A stretch of 63,495 nucleotides of DNA, taken from assembly GCF_001194135.2 (NCBI RefSeq), contig NC_068989.1, positions 12,281,999 through 12,345,493 on the forward strand, read 5' to 3'. The notes below the pieces were generated by a model. It made no database searches. It was not told the origin of the DNA and saw only the letters and a program-made list of their open reading frames with translations. Positions 53,248-63,495 of this stretch are shown here, piece after piece (position 1 is the first letter of the stretch; each line of letters begins with the position of its first letter). The DNA comes from Octopus bimaculoides. Taxonomy: Eukaryota. The translations under genes and the position numbers were made by a program.

Positions 53248-53655
53248 AAGGACATCAGAGTACCGTACTCTAAACCGTTGCATTAATAAACTAAGCATTT
53301 GGTGTTACAATTCATTACTAAGTTTCGACCAAATATAAACAGTGTGAAGATGGTGGGTCCCAGAGTTGGTGTTGGGGATAGTACAGAAGCTAGTGAGATA
53401 GTATTAGAAGCAGTTATCTTATCATGCAGGCTAATAGTTGTAGGAAGAAAAAGTGTTTGCTTGTACAACATGGATGGAGTAGGAAGTATGGCGTTGGTGA
53501 TGACATTTGTGAGATTTATTCAGACAGTTTGTGAAATGATTTATGAAATATTTCGCTTCTATGTCTAGCATAATCTCGTAATCGGGTACTTGGTCCTTGG
53601 CTGGTTAGAAAAGGGGCGACGGTAGAAAAAGAGGAAGTTAAATTAGTTTCCTAAT

Positions 53656-54068
53656 AGGCGCAGGAGTGGCTGTGTGGTAAGTAGCTTGCTCACCAACCAC
53701 ATGTTTACGGGTTCAGTCCCACTGCGTAGCACCTTGGGCAAGTGCCTTCTACTATTGCCTTGGGCCGACCAAAGCCTTGTGAGTGGATTTGGTAGACGGA
53801 AACTGAAAGAAGCCCTTCGTATGTATATATATGTATATATATATATATATGTATGTTTGGGTGTCTGTGTTTGTCCCCCCAACATTGCTTGACAACCGAT
53901 GCTGGTGTGTTTACGTCCCCGTAACTTAGCCGTTCGGCAAAACAGACCGATAGAATAAGTACTAGGCTTACAAAGAATAAGTCCTAGGGTCGATTTGCTC
54001 GACTAAAGGCGGTGCTCCAGCATGGCCGCAGTCAAGTGACTGGAACAAGTAAAAGAGTAAAAGAGTAA
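53656..54068 (+). mobile_element. SINE family B, full length (tRNA head, CORE-like CACCTTGGGCAAGT, internal TA/TG microsatellite, 3' domain)
   Basis: GGCTGTGTGGTAAG A box and GGTTCAGTCCC B-box-like motif. The microsatellite lies at about 53820-53860. The tail ends in (AAAAGAGT)n. Confidence 0.9.
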
Positions 54069-54212
54069 GGAGTATAACAGGGTAAATAAGAATGACGTTA
54101 TCATGTTTGCAATGATGGTGGTGATGATTGTAATAATGATGATCTTGGTGGTGGTGGTGCTGGTGGTGCTAATAGTTGTGTCGGTGGTGGTGGCGGTGGT
54201 AATGGTGAGGTG

Positions 54213-54264
<52 letters not shown>

Positions 54265-54477
54265 CGATGGCGATGAATTAAAACGTTGAGTGTGATATTG
54301 GACATGGTAGTGGTAAGAGTAAGAAATTTCAGTGCTGTCGGCATTTTTATTTTGTAGTTTATAACATCTTGATGACTGTAAGCGCTAATACGATATACAG
54401 ACGATAGAAAGCATCAGAAGACATTTCAGTAGTCAGCTATTTGGGAGTATTAGTAGTGGTAAAAAACTGAAGTGATG

Positions 54478-54543
<66 letters not shown>

Positions 54544-55017
54544 GTTGGTGGTGGAGTTCCTGCTAGTCACCATTACAGTAAGAACAGCTGTAGTGGTTAT
54601 AATGGAGTTATTGATAATGTTAATGATATTATAATGTTTTATTATGACACGATAATTATGATACTATTATAGTAATTATGATATTAATTTAGGTGATATA
54701 AATCATAATATCGATTTCCTAAGCTGTAAAAGAAAAAGTGAGGAGCCAGCATTACAGATTTAATCGACGATAGTTCAGGGCTGATAATTATTTTGTATCA
54801 AGCGTAGTGGCTAAGTGGGGAATTAATTGGCCAGGGTTTGAATTGGAATATCGTGTGAAATGAATAAACATTAGAGGGGCCAACAATAGAGAATGTATGT
54901 GGTTTACTCATACTGCTGAAAATAGCAACATAATCTCCTTCGAATCAGATTCTACGCTCTGAGAGAGAAATGAAACGTTATATAATGATTTTCTAAGTAT
55001 ATAATACAGACATATAT

Positions 55018-55222
55018 ATGTGTGTGTGTGTATGTGTGTGTGTATGTGTGTGTGTGTATGTGTGTGTGTGTTTATGTGTGTGTGTGTGTGTTTGTATGTG
55101 TGTGTGTATGTGTATGTGTGTGTGTATGTGTGTGTGTGTGTGTTTGTATGTGTGTTTGGATGTGTGTGTGTATGTGTGTGTGTATGTGTGTGTATGTGTG
55201 TGTGTGTGTGTGTGTGTATGTG
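55018..55222. repeat. Degenerate (TG)n/(TATG) microsatellite
   Basis: Read directly. Confidence 0.95.
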
Positions 55223-56646
55223 TGCGCTCTTGCTCGAGTGGGCTGGGATGATACCAGGTTAGTGGTCCAATAGGCGTCATCGTGCCTAGAGCCGTCCACA
55301 TCGACCAGTGCCCCAAATCCGTCACTGGCGGTTCTGTACCTGCCCCTATACATCCTCACTGTATATATATATATCCCTAGGGGTCAGCCACACTTAAGTG
55401 GCAATACACTTCACTTTATCGTGCAGTTACTGTTAATACTTCATTTAGAGAATTAACATTGCTTATATATATATATATATATATATATATNNNNNNNNNN
55501 NNNNNNNNNNNNNNNNNNNNNNNNNNNNNNNNNNNNNNNNNNNNNNNNNNNNNNNNNNNNNNNNNNNNNNNNNNNNNNNNNNNNNNNNNNNNNNNNNNNN
55601 NNNNNNNNNNNNNNNNNNNNNNNNNNNNNNNNNNNNNNNNNNNNNNNNNNNNNNNNNNNNNNNNNNNNNNNNNNNNNNNNNNNNNNNNNNNNNNNNNNNN
55701 NNNNNNNNNNNNNNNNNNNNNNNNNNNNNNNNNNNNNNNNNNNNNNNNNNNNNNNNNNNNNNNNNNNNNNNNNNNNNNNNNNNNNNNNNNNNNNNNNNNN
55801 NNNNNNNNNNNNNNNNNNNNNNNNNNNNNNNNNNNNNNNNNNNNNNNNNNNNNNNNNNNNNNNNNNNNNNNNNNNNNNNNNNNNNNNNNNNNNNNNNNNN
55901 NNNNNNNNNNNNNNNNNNNNNNNNNNNNNNNNNNNNNNNNNNNNNNNNNNNNNNNNNNNNNNNNNNNNNNNNNNNNNNNNNNNNNNNNNNNNNNNNNNNN
56001 NNNNNNNNNNNNNNNNNNNNNNNNNNNNNNNNNNNNNNNNNNNNNNNNNNNNNNNNNNNNNNNNNNNNNNNNNNNNNNNNNNNNNNNNNNNNNNNNNNNN
56101 NNNNNNNNNNNNNNNNNNNNNNNNNNNNNNNNNNNNNNNNNNNNNNNNNNNNNNNNNNNNNNNNNNNNNNNNNNNNNNNNNNNNNNNNNNNNNNNNNNNN
56201 NNNNNNNNNNNNNNNNNNNNNNNNNNNNNNNNNNNGATCTTATATATATATAAGCATATGTATACGTATTTTGTTGATAGCATTAAAATTTAGAAACTTG
56301 AGAAGGACGTGAAATAATGTCTTTAAATATATGTGTGTGTGATTATGTGTGCGTGTGTGTGTATGTGTGTGAATAAAAGATAGGTCATGATTTCAATTTA
56401 AAAGTCTTAACTTATGGGACTGAAGATATTCCTTCATAAAAAGTTATTAGCTTGAAACTCAAAGTCAATAAGTATAAGCACTGAACAATTACCCTTTATA
56501 TATATCTATTTCTGAATATCATTAATATTATCTGTGCAGCTCCTAAAGATATACATGGGACAAAAAAAAAACTCTTCTTTTATTCATTTACTTCTTTTAG
56601 TCATTCGACTGCGACCTTGCTGGGGTACCGCCTCGACAAACTGAGA

Positions 56647-56737
56647 TGTTTATAGCACCTAGGTTTCGCAAACGGTCACCCATCTAAGTGTTAACTAGGC
56701 TCGTCGTTGCTAAACTCTGTTGATCAGATGAGAACTG
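56647..56737 (-). pseudogene. 5S rRNA-derived fragment (pseudogene or SINE3 head)
   Basis: Minus strand GTTCTCATCTGATCAACAGAGTTTAGCAACGACGAGCCTAGTTAACACTTAGATGGGTGACCGTTTGCGAAACCTAGGTGCTATAAACA aligns by eye with metazoan 5S positions ~31-119, including box A- and box C-like segments. The 5' 30 nt are not recognisable. Confidence 0.75.
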
Positions 56738-58514
56738 ATGGAAGTAAGCAATAAACACCGTTGCATTGGCCGTACACTATTAGTAACCAGTGTCATCTGT
56801 ACGCTTCCTAATTCTGTGTATTTGCATGTGGTATGTCTTCCTTCTGTCTACGTCGGTTGAAAGCGTGGAATCGATACTGGAGTGTGTATACCAAGGTGCA
56901 AGCTTCGGTTAATATAACGTTGGCTGGCACTCTCACCTGTCCAGCGCAATTGATTTCCATGGAAAAGGCAAGACACGATAAACTATGGCACGAGTGCCAT
57001 AACAGTGGTCGCCCAAACTAAGTTGAAGAGAACGTCAGATATATTTATAGAATCCAGCTTTCGATTTATAGTTGATTAAAGCGACTTAAAATGTCACTGA
57101 TTCTGGTTCTTTGTCGTATCGATCTCAAAAAGATGAAACGCAAAACTGAAATACCAATTTGAAAGGTGGATTTCATTGCTGAAAGTAAAATGCAGGAATT
57201 CTTCCCGGTGCTCTAACAATTCTGCTGTTGACACTTTTAACACCAATCCCTTTAATGTATGAATTATTCCAGCACAGTAAAAAGTAAATGCCTCTTCGCC
57301 AACGAAATCTACCCCTAAACTACGATCTATAAAAGTTAGATTGTTCCATAGCAATATAAATACTGTATGACATATCTGTTGGACACGGAAAAGATATTGT
57401 CAAGTGCATGTGATGGAAGGTTTTCTTTATCATGAATCAGAACTCAACGACTCACATTTCTCTCACTAAAACATTAAAGCAGAAAACAACTCGTCAAACA
57501 TTAAGGTATTAGAAACGTTAGTTTCGAAATTTTCCATCTGATATTCGAACATCATATTTCGTAATTGCAATAGCACATTCAAAAGCAATCTTTACTATGA
57601 CATTACGAATATTATGAACATAAAATATATACATTTGTTTTCTCCCATAAAACAAAACAAAAATATTTATATTGTAGAAAGTAACACATATATAACCAAG
57701 TAATAAAAAGTCCATCGCCCTAAACCATAAAAATGATTAACTCGCACATTCAACAATACATAAATAATGAAACAGGATAATATCGTTCTGAAACTTTTAG
57801 CAAAACATGAAATGAATATCAGAATTAAGTACCATTAGGAGACTTTCACCAGCAGTTCTAAACGCAGATTACTCGACCTGCAAAAACCAAGCTGCAGTTA
57901 TATTAATCAGGAAAAAAAAAAGAACACCAAAAGAGAAAGACTCCAAAAAAGCGAATTAAGCAATATAAATGATTATATTACGGGAAGCATTAATTTTTAG
58001 CAAAATAATAATATTAGTCAGCGATGAGCTGGTGCAAAAATATTCACTATGGAAGTGACCATGAATTTAGCCAATTCGATATTTCGAAGTTTATTCTAGA
58101 GATCATAACCTGCTATCTCTATGGAGCGTGCTAAAAATGGAAAATGCAACAGAGAGCAATGACGTAGATATTAAATATGCTACGAAGACCAAGCTAGCTT
58201 AAAAAATACCAGATCATATCTGTTCGTTCAGCTTCATTGTGGACCATTCTAAAGCGCATAATTATTCGTTCTTCTTGGCTTGTTTGACCGAGAGGCTTTT
58301 AAAAATAATTTGCACCGAGGTAGACTTGTATAGATACGCCGGATACACGAGATTAGTAGCATCAGAATAGGCCAATGGAGATAAGTGAGATAAAATTTGA
58401 ACTTTATCATTATTACCTTTAATAGTTTTATAAAGCAAATTGTAAACATACGGAAATCATTATAAGTTTCTGTTAGTCTCCCATAATTTTCCATGAACTA
58501 ACCAATAAGCTTTT

Positions 58515-58680
58515 CTACAATTGGAACAAGTTCTGCAAATTTAGGGAGGCACCTGGTCGATTCATATGCTTAACTGGCATTTATTTAGTCGAGCCCGAAA
58601 CATGAAAGGCCAAGACGACTTAAGCGGAATTTGATCCGAGAACTAAAAAATACTAATGATTGCGCTACCTTACAGCCTTA
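58515..58680 (-). mobile_element. Decayed family A copy
   Basis: AAATTTAGGGAGG..GTCGATT..AACTGGCATTTATTT..GAAAGGCCAAGACGAC..GCGGAATTTGA. Confidence 0.6.
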
Positions 58681-59520
58681 AATAAACTAAATTATATCAG
58701 GAGATTCGGTGATCTGCTGTTCAATAAAGAACTCGTTGATGTAGTTACTCACTACTGCAGCAAAATGTTAGGTAGCTTATATAACGACACGATTACATAC
58801 CGGAATTTTCCCATCTCTTCACTAGCAACGACAAAACGCTGTAAGATTATTTATCCCACATATTTATCACAGCAGATAAATACAGATGATGGCCAATAAC
58901 TGAACAAAGCCTCATTATCTAACGTTATGTTACATTATTAATAGGAAACTACATTGTATATGAAATATTTGATGATCATAGCTGAAATATGTGAAATATT
59001 AAGGTGTCCATCGCTAACAGCATGGAAAGCTTGACAATATTTTGTTGTAAAAATTAGCAATAATATAAACATGATCGAATAGAAAAGACTTGGTTTGAAT
59101 AGGAACAAGCTGAATATCGACGTAACTGTTGAGTTTAAAAAAGCAACTTCGTTACTGCGGTTAATCAGTTAAAAGTAATAAGTAATGTCATCCATTTGTA
59201 GAAAATATAAGAAAACGATGCGAAGTTAGTCACTATTAGGACTTATGCAAATATAATGACTATGATTTATATGCGTGCATTCCACAAATGATAAGACTAG
59301 AATTCGTTAAGTTTGAAGATTATTTTAACTAAGTTTATGCACGTTTGCCAAATGTATCAAATTTTCGTTCCGAGATCAGAATATTCCATGCATTTCCCAG
59401 ATCATAAATGATAATAATAACGATCACAAGAACACGGATACTGAAAATGATAGTGGTGGTAAGAGGGGAAGAAACTACTACTGCTACCACTACTACAATG
59501 ATAACGTTAAAATACTAATA

Positions 59521-59726
59521 GCCTTTTCTGCTCTAGGTACAAAGTCTGGAATTTCTGGTGAAGGGGCCAGTCGATTAGATCGACCCTAAATGCAACTGGT
59601 ACTTAATTTATCGACCCAAAAGGTAAACTTGACCTCAGCGGAATTTGAACTAAGAACGTAAAGACAGACGAATTGCTAGTAAGCATTGTGCCCGCCGTGC
59701 CAACGTTTCTGCTAGCTCGCCGCCTT
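59521..59726 (-). mobile_element. SINE family A full copy (tail-ii)
   Basis: Matches the 35930 copy along its length. Confidence 0.85.
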
Positions 59727-60058
59727 TAATATACTACTACTAATAATAAATATATAATATACATATATATGTACAGTCAGTTATATACACACATATATAT
59801 ANNNNNNNNNNNNNNNNNNNNNNNNNNNNNNNNNNNNNNNNNNNNNNNNNNNNNNNNNNNNNNNNNNNNNNNNNNNNNNNNNNNNNNNNNNNNNNNNNNN
59901 NNNNNNNNNNNNNNNNNNNNNNNNNNNNNNNNNNNNNNNNNNNNNNNNNNNNNNNNNNNNNNNNNNNNNNNNNNNNNNNNNNNNNNNNNNNNNNNNNNNN
60001 NNNNNNNNNNNNNNNNNNNNNNNNNNNNNNNNNNNNNNNNNNNNNNNNNNNNNNNNNN

Positions 60059-60093
<35 letters not shown>

Positions 60094-61115
60094 ACATGAA
60101 CATGTATATGCTTGTGTGTATGTATGTCTATATATATATGTGTCTATGCATATATATGTGTCTGTGTATGTATATATGTTATAAATCAACAAGCGAAGCG
60201 AGTTGATTTCGTACGGTGCCGAGGCTTGGGAGTTGCGGAAGGAAATTCCAAGCGATGAGTCACATGTTCACATGTGAAGTCAGCGAATAATAAAGCGACA
60301 TTCCTAAGGAAAAAGGAATTACGCAGGGAAACGCAATTCCACGATAGGGTGTACCGCTGAGGCCATCAGCGGCCATTATTCGCCCCATTAGGCTGCGAAC
60401 AGCGAGTAAATAGTCTAGAGGACGAAATATTAACAGACGTGCGAGTAGGTTCCTCACTTCTGCAGTCTTTACATGTAATCTCCTCGTCACTTACCTATAC
60501 ATAATCCTGTAATATTTTTGTTATTGCTATTTATATTTATTTGTAATATTGTTCTATCAGTTTTGTTCCTATTGTTGCTGCTGTTATTGTATTTGATATA
60601 CATTTTTGTATGGGTGGGAGTGCGTTATTATTCCTGTTATTCAGTACCGTAGGAATGTGTTATATATTCTTACAAGTATTGTGCAAAAGCATTGATGGAT
60701 GATATTTTATATTTTATTCACCTTATTAATCTACCAATCTCCAAACATCCATTAATCATTTGTTCTTTATTCATTGTCAACTGCGTGTGTGTATATNNNN
60801 NNNNNNNNNNNNNNNNNNNNNNNNNNNNNNNNNNNNNNNNNNNNNNNNNNNNNNNNNNNNNNNNNNNNNNNNNNNNNNNNNNNNNNNNNNNNNNNATGTG
60901 TGTAAGCATACACACACATACACATATATACATATATTTACACACATTATATGTGTTTGTGTGTGTGCGTATGTGTATATATATTTATGTACATATTTAT
61001 AAATACACACACACACACACACACACATATATATTTATTTATATATATATATATATATATACATATTCAAAGTGTAGAAATTACACACTAGTGGGGAGAT
61101 ATTTATGAAAAAGAA

Positions 61116-62599
61116 GAACGACAATGTAACTTTTTTAAAAAAATTAGGCACATTTAAATTTCTTTATATAAATTCATTAAGCAATGTTTTGTCTTACATG
61201 TTTCGTTTGTTTATAATCCTTATCAAAAATATGTACTTAAATGAAATATGTAGATAAAAAAAATATTGATAAAATTATTAATAAAATAAACGTTCATAGT
61301 GTACTATTCTTTTTCCTGCAAGAGCACGAGGTAATTTCCATTAATTTTCGTGGCATTGCTAGTAGCAACTTCAGCTTCTGTCTGTGCTGATAAATTAAGT
61401 AGTGGTCAAAGCTGTTTTGAAAAGGAGTGGTTGCAGCAGTCAAAAAAGCAGCAATAATAGTCATCGTAAAGTTATCTCCCCTGAGAAATAGATTTATTCA
61501 GCCCCCCCTTCTTTATTTCTTATGTATAATGTACATATAGTTTCAGTGTTCCGAGCATTAAGAATTTAGATATGTTCTCATGAAATGCATTTCTTTGCTA
61601 TTGCGTTCATTTTGACTAGCATTGTCTTTGAATTTGTCAAATGGAAACGTTGTGAATTTGGGATATTTATTGGATGCTCATCTGTCTATGTATTCTGATC
61701 CTTCTATTATGCTGATACAGATCCCACATTTGGGCCTCCCGCACTCTCTTACTGTCGGCTTTGTTGTTATTGCTGAGTGTAATTTGGCCTGGGTTAAAAT
61801 ACTCTTCATTGATTTTGGCTGTCTCTAACCTTTGATGATAGTGTGTGTTTGGAGGATTTCATTCATCTCTGGGTCCCTTTTGAGTGGAGCTATGCTATGG
61901 AGTTTAGTGTTGAAGGCCTCATTGTTATGTGGGTTGTGTGTGGAGATGTAAGGCAGGTGCACTAATCCCAAATTAGAATTCCGGAATATAGGAAAATATC
62001 TGTCACCGAACACATTGACAGATGTGCATCCAATAAATATCCCAAATTCACATCTTTTCCTTTATACAAACTCAAAGACAATGCTAGCCAAAATGAACGC
62101 ATTCGCAAGGAAATGCATTTCATAAGAAACTATCTAAATTCTTAATGCTCGGAACACTGAAACTATATGTATATTATTCATAAGAAATAAAGAGAGATTG
62201 AATAGATCTATTTCTGTGATGACCTCAGGGGAGATAATTTACGGCGACTATTACTACTGCTGCTGCTTAGTTGACTGATGCAGTCACTCCTTTTGAAAAT
62301 AGTTTTGACCACACTATTTAATATCTCATCACAGACAGCAGCTGAAGTTGCTACTAGCAATGCCACGAAAATTAATGGAAATTACCACGTGCTCTTGCAG
62401 GAAAGAGACAAGCACACTATGAACGTTTATTTTATTAATGATTTTAGTAATATTGTTTTTGTCTACATATTTCATTTAAGTACATATATTTGATAAGGTT
62501 TATAAACAACCGAAACATGAAAAACAAAAACATTTTCTTAATGTAATTATATAAAGTAATTTAAATATACCTAATTTTATAAAAGTCGCATTTTCGTTC
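61116..62599 (-). mobile_element. Penelope-like retroelement remnant with long inverted repeats (foldback)
   Basis: Arms 61116-61695 and 62008-62599 are reverse complements, roughly 80-90% identical by eye. The spacer on the minus strand reads LPYISTHNPHN...DPEMNEILQ...*RQPKSMKSILTQAK...CGRPKCGICISIIEGSEY, a PLE RT-endonuclease linker with a Cys motif. Each arm starts with the GIY-YIG C-terminus (EHIDRCASNKYPKFTSFPLYKLKDN...RKEMHFIRNY). Confidence 0.8.
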
Positions 62600-62749
62600 A
62601 TATATACATACATATATACATACAAACATACATATATATANNNNNNNNNNNNNNNNNNNGGATGAGTTTGTCTTCGTTTTTTTAACACGTAAAGATATAT
62701 AAACACACACACATGCATGCATACATACATACATACAAAGTTGCACATA

Positions 62750-62816
<67 letters not shown>

Positions 62817-63495
62817 CCGGATGAATTTGTCTTTGTCCTTTTATAGGAATTTTTTCCATAGATATATAATATATTCCTCATACGTTATATACACACGCGC
62901 ATATATAAGAATATATGTGTATGCATATACATCTATCTATATATATATATGTATGTGTATATGTATGCATGTATGTATGCATGCGTGTGTGTGTGTGTGT
63001 GCGTTTATATACCTTTACCTGTTTCCATACTGTCTGTTTTTGTGTTTGTGATTTAATATTAGAATTTATAATCTACGGATGGCAAATGCGGTGAACTGAA
63101 ACATCAGTAATGAATACAGTGTTTCCCATTTTTTGTTGAATAAACACTATGAGGTGATAAGAGAAACAGTTTGGATAAAAGGAAGGGAAAAGATAAAAGA
63201 GAGATCTCAGTCAGTTCAATAATTGATTTTAGAAGATAATTCGTTTAAGGTGATTAAAAGAAAATCTACTAATAAAGGGGAAGAACAAAATCCTTTTATT
63301 TACAGGAAGAATTTATATTACAATTAAATTACGTAAACATGAAATAATTATGTTATGAGTAATAACATTGCTTAATGGAATTATTTCCAGTGCTCTTTAT
63401 TTATTATCGTACAAGTAAATATTCATATGAAATACATACACATGTATGTATATGTGTTTGTGTGTTTGCTTTTCACTCACTCTCTTTCTCTCTCT

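Noticed and set aside
55225-55360. GC-rich patch reading ASDGFGALVDVDGSRHDDAYW on the minus strand
   Set aside because: It is short, has no polypyrimidine tract and is embedded between microsatellites. Insufficient support for an exon.
62270-62325. CTGATGCAGTCACTCCTTTTGAAAATAG...CTATT as a hammerhead
   Set aside because: There is no stem II, and the motif is not conserved in the opposite arm.
62325-62400. CTGAAGTTGCTACTAGCAATGCCACGAAAATTA in both Penelope arms as a hammerhead
   Set aside because: The core is CUGAAGU instead of CUGANGA, stem II does not close next to GAAA, and there is no stem I. At most a degenerate relic.

Overview
This is AT-rich eukaryotic DNA packed with microsatellites and containing 14 N-gaps. 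There is no CRISPR array and no operon structure. The repeat families point to an octopod cephalopod, probably Octopus (inference). Almost every listed ORF is a microsatellite or gap artefact. What the sequence supports: about 20 copies or fragments of one tRNA-derived SINE (family A, two alternative 3' tails, head-to-tail multimers), several other tRNA-derived SINE families (B, with an internal TA/TG microsatellite; C; D), seven fragments of R4/Dong-clade non-LTR retrotransposons, a pogo/Tigger-like MITE, a 5S rRNA-derived fragment, and one candidate host terminal exon (36465-36760, minus strand). The most notable signals are a structurally complete type I hammerhead ribozyme (40359-40450, minus strand), a minimal Penelope-type hammerhead (9870-9911, plus strand), and a 1.5 kb foldback Penelope-like element (61116-62599) with ~580 bp inverted arms. 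Family labels A-D are my own. All matches were made by eye, without database searches.
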